This document shows positions 8,579-16,669 of a stretch of DNA of 64,000 bases, piece by piece. The translations under genes and the position numbers were made by a program. The stretch comes from Candidatus Peregrinibacteria bacterium (lineage in GTDB: Bacteria > Patescibacteriota > Gracilibacteria > UM-FILTER-43-11). Under the pieces are notes generated by a model. It was not told where the DNA came from. It saw only the letters and a program-made list of their open reading frames with translations, and made no database searches. The stretch spans positions 8,519-72,518 of the forward strand of contig JAFGCR010000002.1 of NCBI GenBank assembly GCA_016932495.1, written 5' to 3'. Position 1 is the first letter of the stretch, and each line of letters opens with the position of its first letter.

Positions 8579-8813
8579 ATTTTTATGCCCTTTCTCACCT
8601 GAGGAGGGGCCTATAAAGTTTGTTTGCTGTCGGTGCAGGTGTGGCGGCTCGTATCGTTGTAGCTAAAAAGGTATTGTCTTTCATTACCGTTAGACAAAAC
8701 GATGACCATCACGATACTGGTTGCGGCAACGACCATTGCAACCAAGCCAATTACGACCAATGTTCTCAAAAGAGGATAAGTCAGCACAATTAGAAAATAA
8801 CCCCCACTAAGTT

Positions 8814-9149
8814 ATGGCTGAAAAAAAGCCCAAAAAGGCAATTGCCCAGCGCATCCGTATCACTTTAAAATCTTTTGACCACACGATCATCGACAAAGCG
8901 GTCAAAATGATCATCGATACAGCCGAACGAAGCGGGGCTATTATCGCAGGGCCGATTCCTTTGCCCACCAAGATCAAGAAGATCACGGTAAACAAATCCA
9001 CGTTTATCTCCAAAAATTCCCGTGAACAGTTTGAGATGCGCGTCCATAAACGGCTGATCGACCTTCGCGAGACCACGGCAACCACCATCGACGCGCTTTC
9101 TAACCTTACGCTCCCTGCCGGCGTCGACATCGAAATCAAGATGTTATAG
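8814..9149 (+). CDS. rpsJ: 30S ribosomal protein S10
   Basis: 111 aa with [11 protein letters not shown]...AGPIPLPT...HKRLIDL. Confidence 0.95.
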   Translation: MAEKKPKKAIAQRIRITLKSFDHTIIDKAVKMIIDTAERSGAIIAGPIPLPTKIKKITVNKSTFISKNSREQFEMRVHKRLIDLRETTATTIDALSNLTLPAGVDIEIKML

Positions 9150-9150
9150 A

Positions 9151-9243
9151 ACGAAGTGACGAAATGACGAAGTGACAAGGTGGCTTTATTGAAATCATTT
9201 CTTTTTTGTCATATCGTTATATCGTCATTTCGTTATCTCGTTT
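9151..9243. repeat. Long imperfect hairpin built from GACGAA(R)T / inverted CGTTAT words
   Basis: Left arm acgaagtgacgaaatgacgaagtgaca. Right arm tgtcatatcgttatatcgtcatttcgttatctcg. It sits directly after the rpsJ stop. Confidence 0.65.
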
Positions 9244-10218
9244 ATGAAAAAATTCACCAAAAGACAGGCGCAGGAACGGGTGTGGCAGTTTATTTATGGA
9301 TTCCGGGATGCCGTTACTAAGGATTTGGCGGAGAAAATCGATTTTATCATCATTTACGGTTCGGCAGTGCGGAAAGAATTCGTGCCGGGAAAGAGCGATG
9401 TGGATATTGTCATTCAGGTTTTCAGGGAAGCGGATAAAAAAATGGTCGAGGAAAAAGCAACGGAACGGTTCTGGCATGTGGCTAAACGTTATCCGGAGCT
9501 TCAGTTTGAAAAATCCCTCTCTGTTTCTCAATCCAAAAAGCGCACTCCTTTCACCAAAATGCTGGAAAAACTGGAACAGTCTTCATTCCTTTATGTGCCG
9601 GTATTTGTTTTTGCCGAAGGCGAGATCGACTGGAAAACCGGCACGCTGCATTCCGATAACCCGCTGATCAAACTCGGCCAAAGCCTGCTGATCCCCCAGC
9701 GGTCTGTTTTCCTCCGTTTTAAACAGGAGGGGGAGGTATTGTATGGCCGGGATATCCGGAAGGTCATCTGCATCAGGCTCACGATCATGGATCGTCTGCG
9801 TCTGGGCGCGGCCCCCCAGCTACTCAGCCTGATCAGTTTCTTTGTTTCATTCATCGCTCCCAAAAAAGCCCGCGGTTACGCGGTGAAGGCTCTGCTGTAT
9901 CAGATCGATTCGCTGTTAACGGCTTTATCCGATTATGAAAAGATGGAGCGGCATGAAAAAATTGAAAAAAATGAACGGATTTTATTAAAAGAATTTACGG
10001 AACGCCTTGAAAAACTGGTCAGACTTCGCCTGGATTACCGTAAGGGCGCTTTACGCCCATCGGATTTCCGTTTATTCCGTCAGGCCATCCGCATCAAATG
10101 GAACGAGCTTAAACTGTCCCGCCTCCAAACCATATGGTTTTGCCTGAAGGCCAATTGGTTTATTGTGCGTTCCAATGCCCGGGCGATTGCCTATTTATTT
10201 TTGAGGCGGATAAAATAA
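9244..10218 (+). CDS. Pol-beta-superfamily nucleotidyltransferase domain protein with a helical C-terminal region
   Basis: IIIYGSAVRKEFVPGKSDVDIVIQV fits the GS...DxD minimal NTase motif. I do not recognise the rest of the protein. Confidence 0.55.
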   Translation: MKKFTKRQAQERVWQFIYGFRDAVTKDLAEKIDFIIIYGSAVRKEFVPGKSDVDIVIQVFREADKKMVEEKATERFWHVAKRYPELQFEKSLSVSQSKKRTPFTKMLEKLEQSSFLYVPVFVFAEGEIDWKTGTLHSDNPLIKLGQSLLIPQRSVFLRFKQEGEVLYGRDIRKVICIRLTIMDRLRLGAAPQLLSLISFFVSFIAPKKARGYAVKALLYQIDSLLTALSDYEKMERHEKIEKNERILLKEFTERLEKLVRLRLDYRKGALRPSDFRLFRQAIRIKWNELKLSRLQTIWFCLKANWFIVRSNARAIAYLFLRRIK

Positions 10219-10221
10219 AGG

Positions 10222-10881
10222 TTATTGTCTTTCTCCCATATCCATTTCCCATAGGATTTTTTGATTTTTATATACGACCACACAAAGCAGCACGAAAGCC
10301 GCGCCTAAAAGATGGGGCAGGAATTGGGCTAAAAATACTTTTCCGAATAATATGATCATCGTGTTGACTGCAATAAAACCGATTCTGGCTTCCGTAGGCC
10401 CAAAGCCCAGGTAGCTGATCTGGAATTGGTTGGTGGCGGCAAAGCTGATAAACGAATTCACCATAAAAGCGCCGTAAACCATCATCAGAAAGAAGAGAAT
10501 CCCAAATCGGTCGGGCATAAAAAAGGAATAGCCGATCAGCAGGCACGACATAAAAATATAATCCAGGAAATGGTCAGCATAATATCCCCACTTGATCAGT
10601 CCTGTATTCCGCATACGGCCCACTGCTCCGTCAAACAAATCCGTTAAATACTGCATTAATATCATGGCTGATGTGCCCCAGAGCCAATGGATATTATACC
10701 GGGCCAGATAGCCGAAGATCAGCGCTCCGACCGCCCATAAGCCTGTCATATAAGTCAGCGTCCATGTCTCAATGCGTTTCGGGATTTTCGGCGTTCCCCA
10801 TATCACCAATTTTTGCTCCAGGTCATGCAGAATGGATCGGCCGACTTTTTTGTGGCCGGCGAATTCCTTTTTTTTAGTCAT
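10222..10881 (-). CDS. CDP-alcohol phosphatidyltransferase family membrane protein
   Basis: DGAVGRMRNTGLIKWGYYADHFLD fits D-G-x2-A/G-R-x7-8-G-x3-D-x3-D. Several TM helices. I chose the ATG at 10881 (MTKKKEF), which overlaps the upstream HAD gene stop by 8 nt (ATGACTAA). Confidence 0.7.
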   Translation of the reverse strand: MTKKKEFAGHKKVGRSILHDLEQKLVIWGTPKIPKRIETWTLTYMTGLWAVGALIFGYLARYNIHWLWGTSAMILMQYLTDLFDGAVGRMRNTGLIKWGYYADHFLDYIFMSCLLIGYSFFMPDRFGILFFLMMVYGAFMVNSFISFAATNQFQISYLGFGPTEARIGFIAVNTMIILFGKVFLAQFLPHLLGAAFVLLCVVVYKNQKILWEMDMGERQ

Positions 10882-11548
10882 GGTTAAAAAAGTTAATGAT
10901 TTTTTGATTGTTCCGGTCAGTGAATCCATCCATTATCACGTCCGCGGCGGATAAGTCCTGCTGTTCATTAAATCCGTTCCGCAAACCCACACATACCATC
11001 CCCGCGCTTTTGGCCGCGGCGACGCCATGATGGGAATCTTCGATGACTAAACATCCGTCCGGGCCGACGCCGAGTTTTCTGGCGGTATACAGGTAAATAT
11101 CCGGCTTGGGTTTGCCGGGCGCATTAATGTCTTCGGCGCTTACTACGACATCAAAAAAGGGCCTTAATTCAAAACGCTCCAGGGCAATGTCAATCCATTC
11201 ATTAAGCGATGACGAGGCTAACGCAATTTTTAAATTTCCCCCCCGGACTGGAATCAGGGTCAATTTTTTTACCAAATCCAGAAAACCATCGATCAGGCTG
11301 CATTTTTTCCGGTAAACTTCCAGCGCAATGCTATTTACACGTTCTATGAATTCACGATGCGTTAAACTGAGTCCATAATCATTGGCAAGGATGCGATAGG
11401 TTTCATGGACATTGATCCCGATGATCTTCTGCTGGTCTTTTTTTGTCCAGCATGGCAGTAATTTGCCAAAAAAAGTCAGCTCGGCCTTTTTCCAGTGTTT
11501 TTCACTGTCTATAATCACCCCGTCCATGTCAAAAATGATTGCTTTCAT
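10874..11548 (-). CDS. HAD-superfamily phosphatase (subfamily IA, beta-phosphoglucomutase/sugar-phosphatase-like)
   Basis: MKAIIFDMDGVIIDSE (DxDG motif I) and a C-terminal EDSHHGVAAAKSAGM motif. Confidence 0.85.
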   Translation of the reverse strand: MKAIIFDMDGVIIDSEKHWKKAELTFFGKLLPCWTKKDQQKIIGINVHETYRILANDYGLSLTHREFIERVNSIALEVYRKKCSLIDGFLDLVKKLTLIPVRGGNLKIALASSSLNEWIDIALERFELRPFFDVVVSAEDINAPGKPKPDIYLYTARKLGVGPDGCLVIEDSHHGVAAAKSAGMVCVGLRNGFNEQQDLSAADVIMDGFTDRNNQKIINFFNHD

Positions 11549-11564
11549 CTGGATTACTATAACA

Positions 11565-11629
11565 ATGTCCAGTGTCCGATGTCCAATGTCCGATGTCCAG
11601 TGTCCGATGTCTGATGTCCAATGTCCTAA
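11565..11629. repeat. Tandem heptamer array, TGTCCRR x9
   Basis: atgtccagtgtccgatgtccaatgtccgatgtccagtgtccgatgtctgatgtccaatgtcct, strictly 7-nt phased. Confidence 0.85.
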
Positions 11630-11633
11630 CCCT

Positions 11634-11715
11634 CTGCGCGGGCGGGGCCCCTTATATAAGGGGGGTCAGTCTATTAGGGGTAGAAAGAAAAATAAAAAAA
11701 GAAAGAAAAAAAGAC
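11634..11715 (+). repeat. Composite hairpin + polypurine element, copy E
   Basis: ctgcgcgggcggggccccttatataaggggggtc...ggggtagaaagaaaaataaaaaaagaaagaaaaaaag. Confidence 0.65.
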
Positions 11716-11733
11716 AAATTGTCTAAAAAAACC

Positions 11734-11761
11734 TTGACTTTAGTCTATAGGTCGGTAAAAT
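11734..11761 (+). promoter_or_regulatory. Sigma70-type promoter for the rplC operon
   Basis: TTGACT (11734-11739), 16-nt spacer, TAAAAT (11756-11761). A leader of about 90 nt follows. Confidence 0.65.
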
Positions 11762-11854
11762 ATCGTAGCGTTATCTCTCAAAACGCCTTACGTTAACAGA
11801 GGGGCCGAGTCCTTCGATTCACTCAGGACAAAAGCCTCCATAACCAATAAGATT

Positions 11855-12433
11855 ATGCCTGGAATAATCGGCAAAAAATTAGGTATGAGTCAGGTGATTC
11901 AAGACGATGGTTGCGTGATCCCGGTAACATTTGTCCATTGCCAGCCGAATACGGTGGTGCAGGTCAAATCAGAAGATACCGATGGATATCCGGCGATAGT
12001 CCTGGGCTTCGACGCGTATAAAAATCCTTCCAAAAATAAATCATTTAAGGCAATGAAGGAATTTCGTGTCGACAATCCCGGTGATTATAAAAAGGGCCAA
12101 AAGATCGATCTGGCTACCCTTAAAGAAATAGAGACCGTTACTATTACTTCCCTTTCCAAAGGCAAGGGGTATCAGGGGGTCATTAAGCGGCATCGGTTCA
12201 GCCGCGGTCCCCAAACTCATGGCTCTCATCACCATCGCGAACCAGGTTCTATCGGTACATGCGCCAAGCCCGGCCGTGTGATGAAAGGCAAAAAAATGCC
12301 AGGTCATATGGGCACTCAAAAAGTCACTTTGCTCAATCGTCCCGTGGTCAAATTGATTCCGGAAAAGGAACTGGTGGCCATCAAGGGCGCCATTCCCGGT
12401 TCCAATAACAGTTATGTTTATATTAAATTTTAA
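11855..12433 (+). CDS. rplC: 50S ribosomal protein L3
   Basis: MPGIIGKKLGMSQV... plus the conserved C-terminal KGKGYQGVIKRH. Sits in S10-operon order. Confidence 0.95.
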   Translation: MPGIIGKKLGMSQVIQDDGCVIPVTFVHCQPNTVVQVKSEDTDGYPAIVLGFDAYKNPSKNKSFKAMKEFRVDNPGDYKKGQKIDLATLKEIETVTITSLSKGKGYQGVIKRHRFSRGPQTHGSHHHREPGSIGTCAKPGRVMKGKKMPGHMGTQKVTLLNRPVVKLIPEKELVAIKGAIPGSNNSYVYIKF

Positions 12434-12460
12434 ATTTCAATCTTCAATCTTCAATTTTCA

Positions 12461-13087
12461 ATGAAAATAGATCTCTACCAACAATCCGGTGAAAAGAAGG
12501 GAACCGTTGAGGCCAGCGATAAGCTGTTTGCCGCTCCGGTCAACGATGAATTGATGCGTTTGGCTTTGGTCCGCCAGTTAAGTAACGCCCGTCAGGCGAA
12601 TGCCACCACCAAAACCCGCGGAGACATCCGGGGAGGCGGTAAAAAACCCTGGCGGCAGAAAGGAACAGGCCGTGCCCGTTTCGGCTCCAGCCGAAATCCC
12701 ATATGGCGCGGCGGCGGTGTGGTTTTCGGCCCCCAGAATGTCCGCAATTACGAAAAACAGATGCCTAAAAGGGCACGACGCGCTGCCTTGTTCTCCGGTT
12801 TATCTCAAAAAGCCGGCGAAAAATCAGTTTTCGCGCTTGATAAATTTGAAGTAAAAACCCCTAGGACAAAAGATTTCAAAACCCTTTTAAGCAAACTTCC
12901 TGTTGAACGGTCTGTTTTGGTGGTATTGGGCGAAAAAGACCTCAATCTCGAAAAATCCGCTGCTAATCTGCCGAATGTCAAAACCATTCTGGTGGAATAC
13001 CTGAATCTGCACGATCTGCTGAAATATGAAAAAGTCATGTTCATGGAATCCGCTTTAAAAAAAGCGGAAGAATTATTTCTTAAATAG
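12461..13087 (+). CDS. rplD: 50S ribosomal protein L4
   Basis: ...GGGKKPWRQKGTGRAR.GS.R.P.W.GGG..FGP... signature. Confidence 0.95.
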   Translation: MKIDLYQQSGEKKGTVEASDKLFAAPVNDELMRLALVRQLSNARQANATTKTRGDIRGGGKKPWRQKGTGRARFGSSRNPIWRGGGVVFGPQNVRNYEKQMPKRARRAALFSGLSQKAGEKSVFALDKFEVKTPRTKDFKTLLSKLPVERSVLVVLGEKDLNLEKSAANLPNVKTILVEYLNLHDLLKYEKVMFMESALKKAEELFLK

Positions 13088-13092
13088 CTTTT

Positions 13093-13147
13093 AACACCTG
13101 ACGCCCGACCAAAAGTCAAAGGTCAAATGTCAAAAGTCAAATGTGAA
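13093..13147. repeat. RRGTCAA heptamer word array (GTCAAA family)
   Basis: acacctgacgcccgaccaaaagtcaaaggtcaaatgtcaaaagtcaaatgtgaac. The same family occurs at 18447, 37226 and 56481. Confidence 0.7.
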
Positions 13148-13149
13148 CT

Positions 13150-13443
13150 ATGGAATTAACCCACATATTAATATCACCGGTGGTGACCGAAAAGAGCACA
13201 GGCGCTCAGGCCGGACGGAAATATATTTTTATGGTTCATCTGAATGCCAATAAGATCGAGGTGAAAAAGGCTATTGAAAGCGCTTATGGTGTTAAGGTCC
13301 AGTCAGTCAATATTATGTCTGTCCTTAAAAAAGTCCGTCTTGCCGGGCGTGACCGTGAGATCACCAAACGGCAGAATGGCAAAAAAGCGGTGGTCACCCT
13401 GGCCCCCAAACAATCCCTTGATTTCAATAAGATTAAAGTTTAA
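13150..13443 (+). CDS. rplW: 50S ribosomal protein L23
   Basis: 97 aa with ILISPVVTEKS... It sits between rplD and rplB. Confidence 0.93.
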   Translation: MELTHILISPVVTEKSTGAQAGRKYIFMVHLNANKIEVKKAIESAYGVKVQSVNIMSVLKKVRLAGRDREITKRQNGKKAVVTLAPKQSLDFNKIKV

Positions 13444-14273
13444 TGCCTGTTAAAAAGTATAAACCCACATCAGCGGGCCGCCGCAATATGAGCGTCAACA
13501 CGTTTGAGGAACTGACCGCTAAGACTCCGCAGAAAAACCTGCTCAAACCCTGGCGTCAAAAATCCGGCCGCAACAATCAGGGCCGTATTACGGTGCGTCA
13601 TCGCGGAGGCGGGGCCAAACGCCGTTACCGGCCGGTCGACAAACGACGGTACGATAAGCTTAATATTTCCGCCCTGGTCAAAACACTGGAATACGATCCG
13701 AACCGCACGGCGTATATCGCCCTGCTTGTTTACGCGGACGGGGAAAAGCGTTATATCATCGCCCCTCATAGCCTGAAGACAGGCAGTAAGATCATTTGTA
13801 GTGAAAAGGCTAAAATCAAACCGGGCAACCGCATGCAGCTTAAGAATATTCCGGTCGGTTTTGATATCCACGATCTCGAACTGCATCCCGGCAAAGGATC
13901 CGAGGCGATCCGGTCTGCCGGCTCCTGTGGCAGAGTCACCTCATTAGACAGCGAACTGGCCCAAGTCATGATGCCTTCCGGCGAGGTGCGTTATGTATCT
14001 AAGGATTGTTACGCCACCATCGGCGTGGTCAGTAATCTGGATCACAGCAACATCCGTATCGGTAAGGCGGGCCGCATGCGCCATATGGGCCGTCGTCCGC
14101 AAGTACTCGGTAAATCCATGAACGCCACGGATCATCCCCACGGAGGCGGTGAAGGGCATGGTCCCATTGGTTTAAAACACCCCAAAACCCCTTGGGGTAA
14201 ACCAGCCCTTGGTGTTAAAACACGCCGCCGCAAAGCCACGGATCATTTTATTATCAAGAGACGGAAGAAATAG
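13443..14273 (+). CDS. rplB: 50S ribosomal protein L2
   Basis: 276 aa with ...MNATDHPHGGGEG... signature. Confidence 0.97.
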   Translation: MPVKKYKPTSAGRRNMSVNTFEELTAKTPQKNLLKPWRQKSGRNNQGRITVRHRGGGAKRRYRPVDKRRYDKLNISALVKTLEYDPNRTAYIALLVYADGEKRYIIAPHSLKTGSKIICSEKAKIKPGNRMQLKNIPVGFDIHDLELHPGKGSEAIRSAGSCGRVTSLDSELAQVMMPSGEVRYVSKDCYATIGVVSNLDHSNIRIGKAGRMRHMGRRPQVLGKSMNATDHPHGGGEGHGPIGLKHPKTPWGKPALGVKTRRRKATDHFIIKRRKK

Positions 14274-14355
14274 GCCGGATTGACCCGGAATGGACATCGA
14301 ATAGGCTCGAATCGATTCGTATCCATCCGCATCAATTCGTTAACCATTACAAACT

Positions 14356-14637
14356 ATGAGCAGATCACTTAAAAAAGGAATCTATGTTGACCCCAAACTT
14401 CTGAAGAAGGCCCAGGAGATGGAAGCATCCGGTCAGAAAAAAGTCATCCGCACCTGGGCGCGCAACAGTGCTATCGCGCCGGAATTCGTCGGACATACCT
14501 TCGGCGTCCATAATGGCAAGACCCATATTTCCGTTTTTGTTTCCGAGAATATGGTTGGCCATAAACTCGGAGAATTCGCCCCCACGCGTAAATTTAAAGT
14601 CCATGGCGGCAAAATGGCCAAAGCGCAGGCAGAATAA
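14356..14637 (+). CDS. rpsS: 30S ribosomal protein S19
   Basis: [12 protein letters not shown]...[10 protein letters not shown]...[11 protein letters not shown]. Confidence 0.97.
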   Translation: MSRSLKKGIYVDPKLLKKAQEMEASGQKKVIRTWARNSAIAPEFVGHTFGVHNGKTHISVFVSENMVGHKLGEFAPTRKFKVHGGKMAKAQAE

Positions 14638-14694
14638 TTAATTTTAAATTTTAATCAATAGTGTCCGAAGTGACATCGGACTTCACTACTAACT

Positions 14695-15186
14695 ATGAAG
14701 GCTGTATTACGAAGAATCAGGATATCCCCCAAGAAAGCGAATCTGGTCGCTGGGCTGGTTCGTGGCAAAACCGTGAAGGAGGCGCTGGCCATTCTGAAAT
14801 TTACTCCAAAAAAAGGCGCCAAGATCCTTTATAAGGTTTTACATTCTGCCGCTTCTAACGCTAAAAACAATTTTAAACAATCAATGGATGATCTGGTGGT
14901 GAGTAAAATACTTGTTACCAAAGGGCCTACTTACAAGCGTTCTGTCCCTATTTCCCGCGGACGCGTTCATCCGATCCGTAAGCGCACCTGTCATATCACG
15001 GTTGAAGTCGGTCTGCCGGAAGGAGCGAGGGTTAAAAAGCCGGTAAAAAAGGAGGAAAAGGCCGTTCAGCCCGCTGAGTCAGCCGAAAAGCCGGTGAAGG
15101 AAGTGGTGAAAAAAGAGGAAAAAAGGCTAAAAACTCCTAAAAAGAAAACCGTTAAGAAAGCACCCTCTAAAAAGGCATCGAAATAA
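14695..15186 (+). CDS. rplV: 50S ribosomal protein L22 with a Lys-rich C-terminal extension
   Basis: The L22 core (RISPKKANLVAGLVRGK...) is followed by a K/E/P-rich tail of about 50 aa. Confidence 0.93.
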   Translation: MKAVLRRIRISPKKANLVAGLVRGKTVKEALAILKFTPKKGAKILYKVLHSAASNAKNNFKQSMDDLVVSKILVTKGPTYKRSVPISRGRVHPIRKRTCHITVEVGLPEGARVKKPVKKEEKAVQPAESAEKPVKEVVKKEEKRLKTPKKKTVKKAPSKKASK

Positions 15187-15223
15187 TTTTCAATTTTCAA
15201 TTTTCAATTTTTAATTAAGCATT

Positions 15224-15901
15224 ATGGGTCAAAAAGTTAATCCAAAAAGTCTTCGTCTCGGCATTATAAGATCCTGGGATTCCAAATGGTTTGCCAATAA
15301 ACGTGATTTTGCAAAGCTCTTCCATGCCGACCTCAAACTCAAGAAAGTGATCGGAGACCGTCTGAAAAACGCTGCTGTCACCCGGATTGAGATCGAACGC
15401 TCCGCCAAAAAAGTCACGGTCCATGTCCATGCGGCTAAGCCCGGCCTGATCATCGGCCGTCAGGGGGTGATGATTGAAGATCTGAAAGAGTACTTACGGC
15501 ATCAATTTAACCAGAATATAGACATCAATATCCACGAAGTGCCCGATCCTGATCTTTCCGCGCTTTTGATCGGTCAGATGATCGCTTCTCAGATCGAACG
15601 GCGTATTGCCTATCGGCGCGCGGTCAAGACGTCTCTCCAGAAAGCGATCGAAGCCGGCGCCAAGGGGGCAAAGGTGCAGATAGCAGGCCGGCTGAACGGA
15701 GTGGAAATTTCCCGGCGTGAATATTTTAAAGAGGGCAACATCCCTCTCCATACCCTTCGGGCGGACATTGATTATGCTAAGGTCGAAGCCAATACTACTT
15801 ATGGGGTGATCGGCATTAAAGTATGGATCTATAAAGGAATGGTGTTTAAGAAAGAACAGGCCATGAAACAGGCTCAGCAGGAAAAAAAGGAAGAAGAATA
15901 A
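15224..15901 (+). CDS. rpsC: 30S ribosomal protein S3
   Basis: MGQKVNPKSLRLGI... with KH domain and a C-terminal S3 domain. Confidence 0.97.
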   Translation: MGQKVNPKSLRLGIIRSWDSKWFANKRDFAKLFHADLKLKKVIGDRLKNAAVTRIEIERSAKKVTVHVHAAKPGLIIGRQGVMIEDLKEYLRHQFNQNIDINIHEVPDPDLSALLIGQMIASQIERRIAYRRAVKTSLQKAIEAGAKGAKVQIAGRLNGVEISRREYFKEGNIPLHTLRADIDYAKVEANTTYGVIGIKVWIYKGMVFKKEQAMKQAQQEKKEEE

Positions 15902-15923
15902 TTTTCAATTTTAAATTTAGAAA

Positions 15924-16340
15924 ATGTTACAACCCAAGAAGCAAAAATACAGGAAGTCCCATCGCCGCAGAGGCAGTCTGCGGGGCAAATCGCAAGTCGG
16001 CAATAATGTCAGTTTCGGGATGTATGGCCTGAAAGCGCAAGCTTGCGGTGAACTCACCTCCCGCCAGATCGAAGCTGCCCGCCGGGCTATGACCCGTTAC
16101 GTAAAACGCGGCGGTAAGATATGGGTCCGGATATTCCCCCACACGCCGGTCAGCCGAAAGCCGTCCGAAGTGCCTATGGGATCGGGAAAAGGCAGTGTCG
16201 AATTTTTCGTTTCTCTTGTAAAACCCGGTCGTATCCTGTTTGAAATGGAAGGAGTGGAAGAGGCGTCGGCCCGCGAAGCCTTCCGTCTCGCTTCCTCCAA
16301 ACTCCCGATTAAAACCAAATTTGTATTCCGGCACAGTTAA
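15924..16340 (+). CDS. rplP: 50S ribosomal protein L16
   Basis: [16 protein letters not shown]... Confidence 0.97.
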   Translation: MLQPKKQKYRKSHRRRGSLRGKSQVGNNVSFGMYGLKAQACGELTSRQIEAARRAMTRYVKRGGKIWVRIFPHTPVSRKPSEVPMGSGKGSVEFFVSLVKPGRILFEMEGVEEASAREAFRLASSKLPIKTKFVFRHS

Positions 16341-16351
16341 TTTTTATTTTT

Positions 16352-16636
16352 ATGCTTACGATCCAAGAATTACGATCATCCACCGAGAAAGAATTGCTGC
16401 AGGAGCTTATTGCCGCGCGTAACAACGCGCTCAAGGTCCGCGTTAATTCAAAGACCAAGCACGAAAAAGATATCGCGAAGGTCCAAAAGGCTAAACGCTA
16501 TGTCGCCCAGATCCTCACGGTGCTTAGGGAGGTAGACGGGGAAGAGAAAAGCAAATCCAAAAAAGAGGCGCCCAAAGCTGAAAAGAAACCAGCCCACAAA
16601 TCTGAAGCCAAAGGAAAAGAAAGTAAGGCTAAATAA
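16352..16636 (+). CDS. rpmC: 50S ribosomal protein L29 with a Lys-rich tail
   Basis: ELRSSTEKELLQELIAARNNALKVR... followed by a K/E-rich tail. Position in the operon fits. Confidence 0.9.
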   Translation: MLTIQELRSSTEKELLQELIAARNNALKVRVNSKTKHEKDIAKVQKAKRYVAQILTVLREVDGEEKSKSKKEAPKAEKKPAHKSEAKGKESKAK

Positions 16637-16669
16637 TTTTCAATTTTTAATTTTCAATTTTTAATTTTC

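Noticed and set aside
8589-8625. GAGGAGG after tuf as a Shine-Dalgarno for a plus-strand 57-aa ORF (TTG at 8620).
   Set aside because: The GAGGAGG forms the 3' arm of a hairpin with CCCTTTCTCA directly after the tuf stop, and it lies 12 nt from a weak TTG. The peptide is D/H/N/Q-rich, as expected for the antisense shadow of the hydrophobic minus-strand frame.
11565-11629. Considered whether the short tandem repeat arrays (this one and those listed under word families) are CRISPR arrays.
   Set aside because: The repeat period is 7-10 nt with no unique spacers of 25-40 nt, and there are no cas genes in the window.
11412-11796. ORFs 11412..11726 (+) and 11572..11796 (+).
   Set aside because: They read through the antisense of the HAD gene start, the heptamer array (giving the SDVQCPMSDVQCP repeats), the polypurine element (KKKRKKK) and the rplC promoter. 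They are artefacts of repeats.
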